A stretch of DNA of 64,000 bases from Octopus sinensis (taxonomy: Eukaryota): assembly GCF_006345805.1 (NCBI RefSeq), contig NC_043009.1, positions 15,748,001-15,812,000 of the forward strand. Direction: 5' to 3'. The notes beneath the pieces are model-generated. The model was not told the origin of the DNA, did not search any database, and saw only the letters and a program-made list of their open reading frames with translations. This document shows, one piece after another, positions 25,681 to 39,850 of the stretch (position 1 is the stretch's first letter; every line of letters starts with the position of its first letter). A program made the position numbers and the translations under genes.

Positions 25681-25945
25681 AATAATGATGATGGACACTC
25701 CTGTCGAAGACGATCCATTAGTGTTTAGTTTCTTACCGAACGACGTGCACAAATGATTTACTTATAGTGAACACATATATGTGCTGTACATCAGCTCACA
25801 CTCTTCATCAAATCGACGTTGCCTGATCAGGTGGGCGGTGTGCCACGCGACAAATGCCGAAGTGAAATGAAATGTTTTGCTCCAGAACAAAACGCGGGAT
25901 CCAGTCTATGAATTGAAACCACGACGTCGTGAACGTGAAGTAGTG

Positions 25946-26090
25946 ACATTGACGACGACGACGATGAGGATGATGATGATGATGATCAGGATGGTCATGA
26001 TAGTCATGATGGTCATGGTGACGATGATGGTCGTTTTCATGAAGATGATTATGATTATGATGAGCCTTATTATGAGCATAATCATCATCT
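25946..26090. repeat. (GAT)n-like degenerate microsatellite
   Basis: Direct reading. Confidence 0.85.
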
Positions 26091-27300
26091 TCCGCATTTA
26101 TTTAATATCATTTGTACTATTCTAACCCAGATTCCATCAGTATTTTATACAAAGCTTAATATTATTTAGTGTATTCAGACTAACGAACAGTTTCTGTTGT
26201 TTGACTAAAGACTCATTTCTGGTGACGAAATAGTAATTATTCATACAACTCGAATTCTTCTCAACAATTTAGCTCCAGGAGATGGCTTCGATTAATCGCA
26301 CTGATCTATTTTACATATATTTCATATGTAATTTTGCTGAAAATTAAGAAAGACATTTTGAGTTTGGAATTACATTAAAGCTTGTTTTTTTTAAGAGAGT
26401 AACGTAGGAAATTTAAACTGCTACAATAACAAATGCAAATAACAGAAAGAGGTAGTTATAGGCCAGTGCAACGTGACTAGAACATTAGCAGCATGATGTC
26501 CAAATTAATTATAAAGAAGCGAGTGAGCTTAAATGAGCTACAAATTTGTGATACATGCAATATATTAATTATAAGGAGAAATAATGATTGCTGGATTCAT
26601 TCTTAATTTCCGGATATAGAATGTGATGAAAAATATCTCTTCGCTTCTTAATGCATTGAAATTAGCCGTTGCGATGGAGGTGATTGTCCAAAATTAGAAT
26701 ATTACATGGACGGGTTTCATATATAAAGGGGAAAAAATGCAGCAATAAAGAATATGAATTTCAAAAGAGAACAAAATATGAAAATAAAAAATGAGTGGAG
26801 AAAAGATGATAAAAATATTTGCCAAAAATATTGTTGATATCAAAACTCGTTAAATTATAAAATTAATGCAATAGTAAAATTAACACTAATTCGGTCCCAT
26901 TATATGTATTCGGGTATTTTTAATGAAGTTGAAGTTCAGGCAAGTATTAACAATACTGGATTCATTGTTTGTATTTGGTTATAATAGTGGTGTATAGCAT
27001 ACGCTAATTGTGATTATGTTGAAAGGTGACAATGATGATAACCCTATCAATGATTGATAACGCTACCAATGCCATTTAGTTGTAGCGGTTTGCCTGTATC
27101 TTAGGTATTTTTTCTCTAAGTACATTTTCCAATACTGAATAGAAATATCGGAAAATAATAAAAGTAAGATAGGAGGTACGCAGGAAGAGAAATATTTAGA
27201 AGATCGGAATATTCTAATATTCTGATTATATATATACTAGCAGAGATAACTGGGCTTGCTCAGGATTAAAATATCATATATCCATATATATTTATCCAAT

Positions 27301-27317
27301 TATATATATATACATAG

Positions 27318-27386
<69 letters not shown>

Positions 27387-27445
27387 TACATATATATACA
27401 CATATATATATATACATATATATATATCCATATATATATATACAT
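27301..27445. repeat. (TA)n microsatellite
   Basis: Direct reading. Confidence 0.95.
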
Positions 27446-28051
27446 ACTGTAAATTTAGGGTGAATACTTGATAAGTGTAAGAACTTGTATATGCCAGATA
27501 GTGGCAGAGGTGCAAGAGAATATATCAAATAAGATTAAAACAAAACACAAAGGATATCGCGGTACACGTATTTCAAGCTTTATAAACAATCCATTATTAC
27601 ATCAGTGCATTATTGATATAAAAGATGGTTTAAAGCTCTCTTCAGTCGCAAACATTGTTAGTCCAAAGAATTACATCACAATATAACAAATATAAATAAT
27701 ACATGTAGTATTACCCATTATAATAGTTTTATCATATCTCCTTGAAAAAGTGTATTTGTAAAATTTCTTAACTGTATAAAAGTATAAAGACTCATTGGAT
27801 TTCGAAAATCTGCCCGTACTGTATCACCAGTCAACATTTCTTTTCTAGGCATTTCTTTACTAAGCATATATAGTACAACATACTTAATAAGCATAATATT
27901 AATCAGTTAATATACTACTACATATAATTTCACATTTAAGTGCTTCTTGTAATACAAGTAGGACCCGTGGAAATTCCACTGAATCGAAAAATGATGATTT
28001 ATAGCATTCATATATACATATACATACACACCCACATACACACACACACAT

Positions 28052-28781
28052 AATTTTTGTAGAAGATAAAAACTTCAGCTGTCAATAATTTATATTCAAA
28101 TAAACGAAATCCTGCTTCCAGTGATTTATAAGACGGGATGGGAAGGGATACGGTGCTCCATTCATGGACTTTTACGGTCAATAAACATATGCATGTGTTA
28201 AAATAATTCAAATAATAAAATCTAAATGCTGTAAACCATTCTATTCGAGTATATAATGATGACATAATATCATAAGAAACGTGTATTATTGTGTATACAC
28301 ATGTAATCGAGGGAGATTAAAAATTGTAAATAAAGTTCAAGAATCCGAAATATCATGAAAAGTAAAAGTCAGTTAAAAGCCTACGGACGTTTCAGAAAAT
28401 ATTAAAGGTCTTCAGGAAGAATCAGTATTAAGCTCCTTTAGGTTTTTAACTGACTTTTAGATTTTTAAATGACTTTACTTTTCATATTTCTTAATGCTGA
28501 ACTTTATGTGCCATTTCTGATCTCCAACAATTACCTGTGTCTACACACGCATACACATGTCTTATGATCTTATATCATCATTATGTATTCGAATAGAATG
28601 TTTTACTGCATTTAAATTTTATTATTTGAATTACTTTAATATGTATATGCGTTTATTGATCCTAAAAGTACATGAATGCAACAACGTATCCCGTCCAATC
28701 ACGTCTTATAAATCACTGGAAACGATTTCGTTTATTTGGATGTAATTTATTGACAACTAAAGTTTTTATCTACTAAAAATT
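28052..28781. mobile_element. Large fold-back element with ~330-bp diverged inverted arms and a decayed minus-strand HHR motif in the spacer
   Basis: 28052-28385 is the reverse complement of 28436-28781 (the mirror ORFs 28008-28265(-) and 28557-28745(+) are similar); minus-strand CTGAAGA (28409-28415)..GAAACGTC (28386-28393). Confidence 0.75.
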
Positions 28782-28856
28782 TTTTTAATCTTTAGCTCAC
28801 AAAAGAGCACAAAATGTAATTGTACTATACATAGTGTCATCTCCACTAAAATTTCT

Positions 28857-29417
<561 letters not shown>

Positions 29418-29509
29418 TTTCAAAGTGGAAAAATTTACGGATTTTTTCCCTTACGAGGTTTTTCACGCTAACTACTGATAATTTCTTTTAAAGATTTTAT
29501 CCTCAATTG

Positions 29510-29573
<64 letters not shown>

Positions 29574-29692
29574 ATACATGTGTGTATGCATGTGTGTATA
29601 TATATGTATGCATGTATACATCTCTATATAGGTTTGCTGTGCATATATTAAAATATGTGAACATATGTTCATACATGTATATGTCCATATAC

Positions 29693-30560
29693 CCATCCAT
29701 CCATTTTCTCCGTACATTTTCGCTAGTGGCGCTCGACGGGGTACATTTCTCAGGCACCTATACCATAGGATCCCGTCAAAAGCAACCGTCATAGCACTGT
29801 CTAGACGGACTCCGAAATTTAGCCAACTTAGTTTGTGAATATTATCCAACCCTGGCATTCTATGTCAACCCGTAGGTTTCCTGTCGGTGAGCTCGGCTTG
29901 ATGAATCCAGTATAGGATTCTTTCTTGTGAAATTCTAATCCTATGACCGTAGTACTGGAGACGTGACCTCGCAATGCAGAGAAGTAGAGACTCGATACGG
30001 ATGGATTCACTGACATCCGAGCTACGCGCCCTCTCGATTAATGATGTGTCAGATATCCGTCGGAAGAACTCCATTTCAGGTGCTTCTAATTTTGGTCTTA
30101 CATTTTTCGGTCATAACCCAACATTCATGAGTGTGGGTACGCAGGAAAATTGAACTGAAGATAGGGAGTTTAGTTCCTTTAACAACCTACCCACTCCTGA
30201 ACAGTGAAAGCTTGCTTTTGCATATTATTGTGTTCGACGCACCTGCAATAAGATCTTAAGACACTTAAACTTCTCCACTTCACTTAAATTTCCACTAATA
30301 TTCAGAGTGCAGTGGGAAAATATTTGTTGAGAGGAAGTATGTATCAGTCTTCAGAACACTAATTCCAATCCTTGCCTTGCAGCTCACGGTGGTGAACCCA
30401 TTTACGACATATTGGAGATCACCTTCTGAGAAGCGAAGTAGCACCATGTCGCCTACAGATATCAACCGAGAGATCCTACATCCACCAAAGGAATGAAGAT
30501 GACGGTGTTACATTTTTTATTCAGTGACAATCCTTTCAATGAGCAGTGCAATATTCTATA
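29693..30560 (-). mobile_element. RTE (Rex3/Expander-like) LINE 3' portion, decayed
   Basis: GDMVLL..EGDLQ, EVEKFKCL, MEFFRRISD..RSSDV..ESLLL..SRLQYYGH, and a (GGAT)n-like 3' tail. Confidence 0.75.
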
Positions 30561-32014
30561 AGACATGAGTTATACATATTCGAATTATTAAAAGCCCATA
30601 CGATACTACTGACATGCCACTACTCATTTATTTAGACTAGTGACACTGACAAATGATATTCGTTCATATATCAGAATTTTAGTCAATTCAATATAATGAA
30701 AGAGGGGAGAAATGTGAGAATCTAATAAATTATAAACAGCTATCTGTCACACTATCGGAAAGTCACTCAAGTAAGAAGACTATATATATAGGTTATCGCA
30801 TTGATTTTTGACGTTGATTAAATTCTAAACAATTTGGCTCACGACTATTGACAGGGTTCCAACTTTTATTCGGTTAACAATTAACAGCTTAAGTCATCTG
30901 TGAATATTACATCGCAATCTATTAACGATAATACTACAATTGTGCTTGTAATACAGTAAATAATAACACCTATTTTACTTAATAGCATGTGTAAAACTAT
31001 TGCTCCTAACAAGTGCCCTTTAAATAACCAATGTCTTAGAACTAAAGTGGTATATAGATATCCAGTTACGATACGCGATACAGTACATTACTAAATAAGT
31101 GAAATAGCTTTCAAATTTAAATTCGCATATATACTCACGTACATTCATTTAAGAATAAAAGAAAAGCAGTTAACTCTTATATTTTGGGGGTATCAAAAAG
31201 AGGAATATCAGTTAGTGAATACGTATTGCACTCCCATCAAAAGGAGGTTGATAGCGGTAACCTGTGTTCTGTTGAGCAATCAGTTATCCTTAAATGTAAG
31301 TTTAATCTATCTAACAGCTCAACAAATAATTGATCCTGTCTTCCCACTGATTCAATAAAATATACATTTTAAGTATATTTTGTAGTATATATATTCGATT
31401 AACCAACTTAATCAAGTTGATGTTATAGATAGCTTCCTTATTCTTCGCGTCAATTTTATTCTTATCAATGAATCTATGTAATCGCGAAACTTCCCGCTCA
31501 AATACTTTCGTTCGTAAATAATCAAACTGCCCGTTTAGATCAATTGCAAATGTCCTTAACCTCCTTGGTAGTATTCATAAAGGCCTCACAAGTTATATTA
31601 TGTACATTTATTTTACTTTTTCATTTTTGATTTTTAGTTTAATTTTATCGAGATAATTTTTCTTTATCCCTTTTATCTTCTTATTACTGTCACCATTCTT
31701 AGAAAATGAAAATAGTAAACTGACGTCTTTTTGACCCCTTTGCTTCTATTCCTAGTTACTTTTCTTTACATATTTAGTATTTACATATTTAATAAATTAA
31801 GTTGTTCTTCGCAAATTAATAGCTGCGACCCTAGCTGTTTACTATTGACTTAAAATGCAACAATTAGTAGCACTATCTTCATTATTAGTTATGGAAGCAG
31901 TATCAGTGTGACTTATGGAAGTTGAGTATACTAAGAGAAGCCAACAATACTATGGTACTCGCCTTGGAAGAGAATTTCTTAGGGACGTATTCTACTAAAA
32001 AGCGTCGACGGATC

Positions 32015-32342
32015 TGTAACAGACGGAAAATTATCCAGCAGCTGCGGCGGAAATCCTAGATTTCCTCTATTTGCAGAAAATTGTGGCTTTTTCTTAGTAT
32101 ATATGGACGTTAAGGTACACAGATTGCTATACAGTACTAATATTGCTTCTGTTGCTAATAACGAATTTTTATCAGCGCACCAGTTATTTGTGACATCTAC
32201 CTTTCTATATATCAGTAGAGAAGAAATTTGTCTTTGCCTGCAGTTGCCGGTGGATACTTTTTTATCAATGACTTCCAAATACGCAGAAATTCCGAGATCT
32301 AACAATTCCATTGCCACTGCTGAATAATTTTCCTCTATTACA
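32015..32342. repeat. Old ~330-bp element with ~50-bp diverged terminal inverted repeats (MITE-like)
   Basis: tgtaacagacggaaaattatccagcag..ctagatttc versus the minus-strand tgtaatagaggaaaattattcagcag..ttagatctc. Confidence 0.5.
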
Positions 32343-32929
32343 TATATTCATTTGCTTTTTCCCGAAGATTGCAGTGCAGTAGCTTTATTTTAGAATATCA
32401 ACGTTAAGTAATATATAAAGTTTGCCATTCTGAAAGAAAATCTGTTTCTATTTCCCCAAATTGAGTGAATTTCTGATAGTGTGACAACCAGCAGTTTATA
32501 ATATATCTCTATCGTTTATCCTTCCCTCATTCTTATATTTAATGCATTAAATTCTGATCTGTGTAATGATATCTTCTGGCATTTCTTTTGTACTTAGTCT
32601 GTAGAAATGATTAGTAGAACTGTCATTTGATATCATATGGGTCACATAATTTTTATATGTATAGCCTCCCATGTCGATTGATAAAAATATTCTACTGATT
32701 TTTTTAATGTATCGCAACTGATAAAAGAATCTAATTCTGTCTTCTACATTCCTTTAATTTTTTTCTTTTGTACTCTGAGATGAATGTCATTATCTCATAA
32801 TCAGTACATTTTCAGAATTTAGAGTCTGTATGGAATATTATTACATTTAATGAACATCTGTTGTTATTCTCCACAGTCTGACAACTATGATTTTCCACGG
32901 AGTGCTGACTCATATTTATTCAGCCAACC

Positions 32930-32977
32930 AACACACGCAGACACAGACACACACACAGAGACACACACACACACACA

Positions 32978-33032
<55 letters not shown>
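32930..33032. repeat. (CA)n microsatellite
   Basis: Direct reading. Confidence 0.95.
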
Positions 33033-33034
<2 letters not shown>

Positions 33035-34425
33035 GGACAAACAAACGTTCTCAACCCGACATATACACACTTATAGTTTCTCATTGTGTAAGTAGGTGTT
33101 ATCGCACAACTTCAAAATTTCCATTCACACAATACTGTTATATCATTGGAAAATCAGTTAGTGCCGTGTTTTTATATATTTCAGTATTTTGCCCTTGTTT
33201 TTCTTCTTTCCACAACTTTATTTTCTCCTGGTTTTATCGCTTGCGAAGGTAGTTATAATTTTGAGAACTTCATTTTGATATATACTGTAATTCTTTTATA
33301 TAGTTGTGAGTTTTAATTTGGGTTGTTTCTGAAATAGCAATTTTATTGAACTTTATATTGCTGAACTTTGAACTTGTCGGTTACTCTTTTGCTACTGTTT
33401 AACATTTAGATAAACGGGTTATGCTTTACTTTTAATAATCGATTTGCTTTAAGGTTTGAAGAAAATAAATAAGTCTTGTATTCTTAATTGATTTAACTGT
33501 TACATCCTCGCACGACGTAATACTGCACATTGTTGCAGATGATGTCATTTGCCAAAAAAGTTTAACTCGAAAAAATAAAATGCTATAAAGAAATTATGCG
33601 TGAAAAGTTGAGACGGAAGAGACAGAGATGGCTGAGATAACCGCTGCTATTTCTAAAGGAAAAATAAGATATTAATTCTTGTGGTGACAGATTTCATGAC
33701 AGAAAGTCAGAAATAATGACAATCACTGGGAAATATATGAAAGTGCACACTAGAAGATAATTTTATATAGACATAGACCAGGGAATAAAGAAACTCCTTA
33801 GGAAAAAGATAGAGGTATTTACATAAATAAATATTCATAATTCTCAGAATAAATGAAGAGACGTTGAAAGTTCCCCATCGAGAAATAGAAAGATGCAAAT
33901 AGAAATACATTCAAAAGACACCAGAAAATCCAAAAGAACAGATAGTAGATTTTGAACAAAAGAGCAAATTATATAAAGCAAAAGATTACAATCTATCTCT
34001 TTAGTAAAAACGAATGCATAAACCTCAAATAATGCGTCACTTGTTAGTATATACCTCTAGCCGGAATGTTTTAAGGCATTCGAAACTCTTCATTTATCTT
34101 TCCCAAGACGGGGTTCATATATTGATAGGGATGTGATGGTAGAGATATTTTACCAAAGACATGCTAACAATTCTGGTGTAGAAATATTCCTCCTGCTAAT
34201 CAAAACAAACCACTATACCCTTGGAAGTCGCTATATTACCAGATAAGCTATTATGACTAATTCTGCCTTTTCTTGTGTCCTCTTCCAAGACAAAAAATAC
34301 TTCATTTTCCGATCACTTGCTATCACTTTACAATGCACAAATACAAACTGAGAAGTTCTAATGCACACACGTAGGTCAGTATCACTGCATAAAGAAGAAC
34401 ATGTGCAAAGATGATCTGATGACTG

Positions 34426-34585
34426 ATAGGTTGGAGAGAGAATTAGTTAACAAACTAGAAGGAGTTGTTAGAAAAGGCATCACGGCTGACATGTTAGCAG
34501 TAAGAATGGCCCCTTCAACATTTCTTTGAGGCGAAAAACGGAACGCGCATTATCAGAGCTAAGGCTCGTGCACTAAAACACGAAG
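34426..34585 (+). repeat. Inverted duplicate of LINE ORF2 segment 35203-35360
   Basis: Near-identical reverse complement over ~160 bp. Confidence 0.85.
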
Positions 34586-34754
34586 CGTTGCTTCACTTGC
34601 GGTTTTCCAGGATGATGCATGCTACCAAGACTTAACTCATCCGATGCATGCCATTACTTATCTCATACCAAATGGCTCTCCCACAATGAAACGCGTTGCT
34701 AAATGACTTTTTTCACTTAGGAATTCTGCCAGTTTGTCTTAAGAATAATAATAA

Positions 34755-37700
34755 TAACACGTCTCCATTGTTTGCGTCCCTTCCCAGCAGTGTTATTACA
34801 CCCAGGATAACAACTCTACGAATAGACCTGTTCTGCTACCAGTTACTGTAGACATCTACCAAGAGGCAGCCAAACAAATCTGGCATGACAACATAGAATT
34901 CGTAGGGTACAACATCCAAACCGGGTGATTTACGACTTGTGCAATCGCTCATCGCCTCTTATATTTCAGCGGTTGTTATCGGCTTTTCGCAGAATCTTGC
35001 GTCCGTCACGGAGAGCCGTGGTAGGCCGTCTAGGTACGAAGTAAAGTTCGCTTCCGTCGTTCACCCATCACCCTCCTGAAACAGCCACGCACAGTACTGC
35101 TGGAAAGTTGCACACGTCCGTCTTGATCGGTCAAATACTTGATCGTGGTTCTCTTTCCATGTCGCATCTCTACCGTTAGGGCCCATCGGACGGCTTTAGT
35201 GTCTTCGTGTTTTAGTGCAGGATCTTAGCTCTGATAATACGCGTTCCGTTTTTCGCCTCAAAGAAATGTTCAAGGGCCATTCTTACTGCTAACATGTCAG
35301 TCGTGATGCCTTTTCTAACAACTCCTTCTAATTTGTTAACTAATTCTCTCAGCAACCTATTTCGTTCTATTGCTAAATCTTTCCTAAACGCTATCGATTC
35401 TACTCTAATCGCTCTCTTCAGAGCGATCCATTACTGGTTGATGACGAAAGACTCCGTCAACTGTCACTTCACCAGTTCGCTAATCCAATCCCTGTAGTTT
35501 TTGTCAGCCGGTAAGGACGCGTTCAACTTCAGTAACCCAGTCCCTGTCTTGAGGTCCTATTTAAATCGACTGAGCATATCACAATCTGGGATCGGTATAG
35601 TCGACCAATTCAAATTGTTGACAACATATGCTATCGCTAGCCTCTGACCTAATAAATACTCTATCCAAATACGATGTGCATGACCTGCTATATGTCCACA
35701 GTGGCACATCAGGGAAATCCAGTAGGTATCTCTCAGAAAGCTGGGAAGTCCTGAGCAGGTTTTCGAGGCTTTTACACCCCTTCTACCATGTACTAAACAC
35801 ATACACTCTTTCCATGCGTCCAAAATACTATTCCAATCCCCCACTAGTACTAAAGGGCGATACGTTCCCAGTAATATTTCTAGACGGCTGAAGAAATGTG
35901 ACCTTCCAGCCCCTGTTGAGACACAAACCTCCACTACTCTATAGGCACCACCTTCACTTCCGTTCACGTCCAGGACCACTAACCTATTATGCGGATCGAG
36001 GAAGACAGCCCGTACTTGGAGATCTAAGGATTTCCGGAGCAGCATTGCTCTACCACCACCAGCTCTCGATAGACCACACGATGAGAATACCTCGTAGTCT
36101 TCGAATATTGCAGCTAGAGTGTGTTTTCAGGAGATCTTTGGTTCACTAATGACAGCCGCATCCACATCAAGTGACCTCAGACCATTAAGCAAGTGACCTT
36201 GCTTCCAGGCTGATCCCAGGCCACACACATTCACGCACTCCATTCTCAGCACAGCCATGCTAATAGGAGGGATAAAATGAGGAGTTTACCTTGGTTTTCG
36301 AGAAGCCCGAAAGGTCTGGGCCTCTCTACTGGCGAAAACGTTTTAAAAGGCCTTCCCAACAACCTTTATCAATAATTGTTTTTTTAATCCCCACACTTCC
36401 TCGGAATTTTTCTATCATCATTTTATAAATGTCTGACAAAGTTTTAATTAAGTGTCTGTCCTAGGGGATTTTGAAGATAAAATCCTCAAATTCCCTTCCC
36501 TTTGTCTCTATGCTGTTTTTATTTTGATTTACAAAATCCATCAATTCACTGTTAAAATTGTTCACAACAGTAAAATTGATGGGTGGAGTTCGTCTACAGT
36601 CTGATGAATCTTCTGTAATCGGCTGCTTTCTCTGTTCCTTCAATTGCATTCTGTTGTTGATGATGTGGATTTTGAAGTTGTTGATGCTCTTCTTAAAGTC
36701 TTTGTTGGCGTGGCTGTGAATTGTGTTGCAGTTGTAGATTCAGAAAACGTTTTTGTTGATTTCGCCTACACCCTTTTCTCACTGCGATCCATTGATAGTT
36801 CAGCTCTTCCTTCTCCATGTCATTACAGCTGATATTGGTTTGACAACCGCGGTTAGACTCCTTCTTTGTCTTGGTTTGAGAGTGGGTGTGAGAGTGGGAG
36901 TGTCAGAAGGCGTATTAGTCTTGTGCACCTAGTTATGATTTAGCATTTATAATGTTGACTGCGGTGAGACTTTATTTCCTTTGTTTCACGGTAGGAATCC
37001 CTTAAGTGTTTTACAGATCCCCATTTATGGCATCTTCATTTTCTGCCCTCCACGAACCCTGAGAGGTGTGTGCCATCCGGGAGATCGATTAGATCGGGCA
37101 GCTGTTCTATATGGTTCTGATTGCACTGCCATGTCAGTTCTATACTTGTACCTAAGCAGTTTTGCTTAGGTTGTTTCTTCACCTACTGTATTGTGACTTC
37201 ATCTTCTAAACCTGCCAAGACAGCCGCCAATAACCAAGTAATGGATATTTCTGGCCGCACATTCAGCACCCTAATCTTGGCAAGACGTTGGCCACGATAT
37301 TTGGGGATGCATGAAAAGTTGTCATTTTTCAAAGTGGTTTCGCAATTGCATTTACCTTCTTCTTCCGTCCCAAATCTCAACTAAATGGTTCCAAATTTCT
37401 TCGCTCCAGTGATGTGGGTCTTTTGTTCCCACACGCACCCAAGGCATTTTTGTACTTCGCTCTCGGGAGCATTTTCCGCCGATGCAACGGTTTGTGACCG
37501 TACATCTTGCGATATTTTCTGTCACCTCTGATTGAGGGTTAAGAGCTGCCCTTCTCCCATCCCTTTTAATATTTTTTCTTGCAAATTGTAATTATTCTTC
37601 GTCTACGTGGAAGCACTCCATATTTGTCGCCGCTGACATAAATGAAAGACGGGCGATATTTGCATTTTTGTGTTTTATTTCCTCCGTATTGCTGTTGCTG

Positions 37701-38190
37701 TTGTTGTTGTTGTTGTCGCTGCTGCTGCTGTCACTACTACTGCTGCTTTCAATGCTGCAGCTGCTTTCACTGCTGCTGCTGTTGCTGTTATTGTTCTAAT
37801 TGCCGATACCTAAAGTTTTGATATTGCTTAGAGACGAAACATCTTTCGCCATGGTGACGTCATTAAGTTTAAGCCATTCAATGTTGTCATTTCTTCCCTT
37901 GTTCCAAAAATTTCTCAAGGTGCGCGTTCCTTTATCGAACATTATCCGTCATCTTTAAAAAATTGCAGAAAATTGCGAAATAATTGCTTTTGTCTAAAGT
38001 CGTTAAAATAAAAAAAATATTTTGCAGCGCGTATTTCTACACAAAAATACTATCTGCACAATCCAGACAATCTCCGAAATGTTATGGCAACAATAGAAAT
38101 TAAAAGACGGGGCCTTAGAAAACCGAAAATATTACAAATACTGTTTCAACTTACAGAAAACCATTTCTGTGACTTCACAGAATGGTGGTT
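34755..38190 (-). mobile_element. Tx1/L1-like LINE with 5' UTR, ORF1 (degenerate CCHC knuckle), APE endonuclease and the start of RT; 3'-truncated pseudogene
   Basis: MECVNVCGL..AAVISEPK, LVLVGDWNSILD, GY.KLNASL, KSPGLDVVPYEFY..GVITLL; ORF1 EGRK*RCHKWGSVKHLRDS; many stops and frameshifts. Confidence 0.82.
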
Positions 38191-38262
38191 AAAATAAAGT
38201 AATAATAAGAATAACAACAACAACGACAATAATAATAATAATAATTATTATTATTATTATTA

Positions 38263-38474
38263 TGGTTTCAAATTTTGCCACACGGGCAGAAATTTGAGGG
38301 TAGGGAATGAGTCGATTACATCGATCCCATTGTTCAACGGGTATTTATTTTATCGACCTCGAAATATTGAAACGTAGAGTCGACATCGGCAGAATTTGAA
38401 CCCAAAATGTAGCGACAGGCGAAATACCGTCAAGCAGGTCGTTAGTGGCGCTAACGATTCTAACAGCTCACCGC

Positions 38475-38476
<2 letters not shown>
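38263..38476 (-). mobile_element. SINE family B copy with an (AAT)n tail
   Basis: Reverse complement of the family B consensus. Confidence 0.8.
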
Positions 38477-38516
<40 letters not shown>

Positions 38517-38518
<2 letters not shown>

Positions 38519-39000
38519 GATCAAGGCTAATCGACCAGACATAATTGTTAAAGACAGGGAAGAAAATACCTGCAGACTAATAGAAGTAAGCGTCCCCACT
38601 GATAAAAATGTATCTGTCAAGGAATTTGACAAACTTAGTAAATATAAGGACCTGGAAATCGAAATACAGAGGATGTGGAATCTTAAAACAAAAACTGTTC
38701 CTGTTATTGTAGGTGCCCTAGGTATGATAAAAAAGGGATGTCAGAAACACCTAGACAATATCCCTGGAAAACCATGTCTCAAGGAAATCCAAAAGATTGT
38801 GCTAACAAGTACTGCCCACATCCTTACAAAAACCCTATCAATGTAAATGTCTGTGTTTGCATTACATGGAGATATATCTCTACTTCCCCTCCCCAAGCTT
38901 TCAGCTATATTTCAACAACTCTTAACCTTCACTTGCCCTAGGGCGCTGGGTGTGCCCCGGCAGGTGATTGCATCAAACATGCAGATTAAAAGTAAATGAC
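38517..39000 (+). mobile_element. 5'-truncated Dong/R4-clade LINE: restriction-like endonuclease C-terminus plus 3' UTR, inserted in (TAA)n
   Basis: Open frame ANRPDIIVKD..LIEVSVPTD..KLSKYKDLEIEIQRMW..VPVIVGALG..TAHILTKTLSM* (stop at 38846); 3' UTR hairpin CACTTGCC..GGCAGGTG; (TAA)n on both sides. Confidence 0.88.
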
Positions 39001-39018
39001 AATAATAATAATACTAAC

Positions 39019-39053
<35 letters not shown>

Positions 39054-39222
39054 GTTTTGTCTTGGTATAAAAGATGGGTTTTGTCTTGGTATAAAAGATG
39101 GGCTTTGTCTTGGTATAAAAGATGGGTTTTGTCTTGGTATAAAAGATAAATTTTGTCTTGGTATAAAAGATGGGTTTTGTCTTGGTATAAAATATGGTGT
39201 TTTGTCTTGGTATAAAAGATGG
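39054..39222 (+). repeat. Seven tandem copies of a 24-bp unit GTTTTGTCTTGGTATAAAAGATGG
   Basis: Direct reading; there are no spacers between units. Confidence 0.95.
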
Positions 39223-39680
39223 GCTACAGCAAATATTCTGCTCAATACCACAAATTTGATTGTCAGTTGTTTGACATTAACCAGTTGAGCATGTCCCTTG
39301 GTGGCTGACGATATGTGCATCTCTGATCATGAGCAGTAGTATTGAGGGAGCATCATAGTCATGTGTTAAGTGGGGTTCTTTGGGGTTTGAATAATTCACC
39401 TCTGGAAACTTGGGTGTTTCGTTCAACATCCTAAAACAACCCTTATTCAGGGACCTTTTGAGCGGGATGGGTTACTCGACCAGAAGAAAAATTCTAACTG
39501 AGCCCCACCTGCAAGGTCATGTGCTGTTTATCTTGATATGAGATCACCATGTCGCGCATATAGGGTTGTGAAGCATGTGCCTAGTGTATCCTTATCAGAC
39601 GGGTAGTCATGATGGGTATACTGGGATTCGTATATTTTACCCCAGCGTCAACTTGATGGTATGCACTACTCTCTCACTCA
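39054..39680 (+). mobile_element. Non-coding retroposed element flanked by (TAA)n (LINE 3' UTR or non-autonomous partner)
   Basis: (TAA)n on both sides; the end CTCTCTCACTC-AATAAT is shared with the diverged copy at 23878-23953; orientation is inferred. Confidence 0.6.
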
Positions 39681-39793
39681 ATAATAATAATAATAATAAC
39701 AACAACAACAATAATAATAATAATAACAATAATAATAATAATAATGATATTAATAACAATAATAATAATAACAACAACAACAACAACAACAAC

Positions 39794-39847
<54 letters not shown>

Positions 39848-39850
<3 letters not shown>

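Noticed and set aside
31979-32317. 112-aa minus-strand ORF as a host exon
   Set aside because: No recognisable motif; the upstream acceptor leads to stops in all frames; it overlaps an inverted-repeat element.
39054-39222. CRISPR-like array
   Set aside because: The units are contiguous with no unique spacers, the context is eukaryotic and there are no cas genes.
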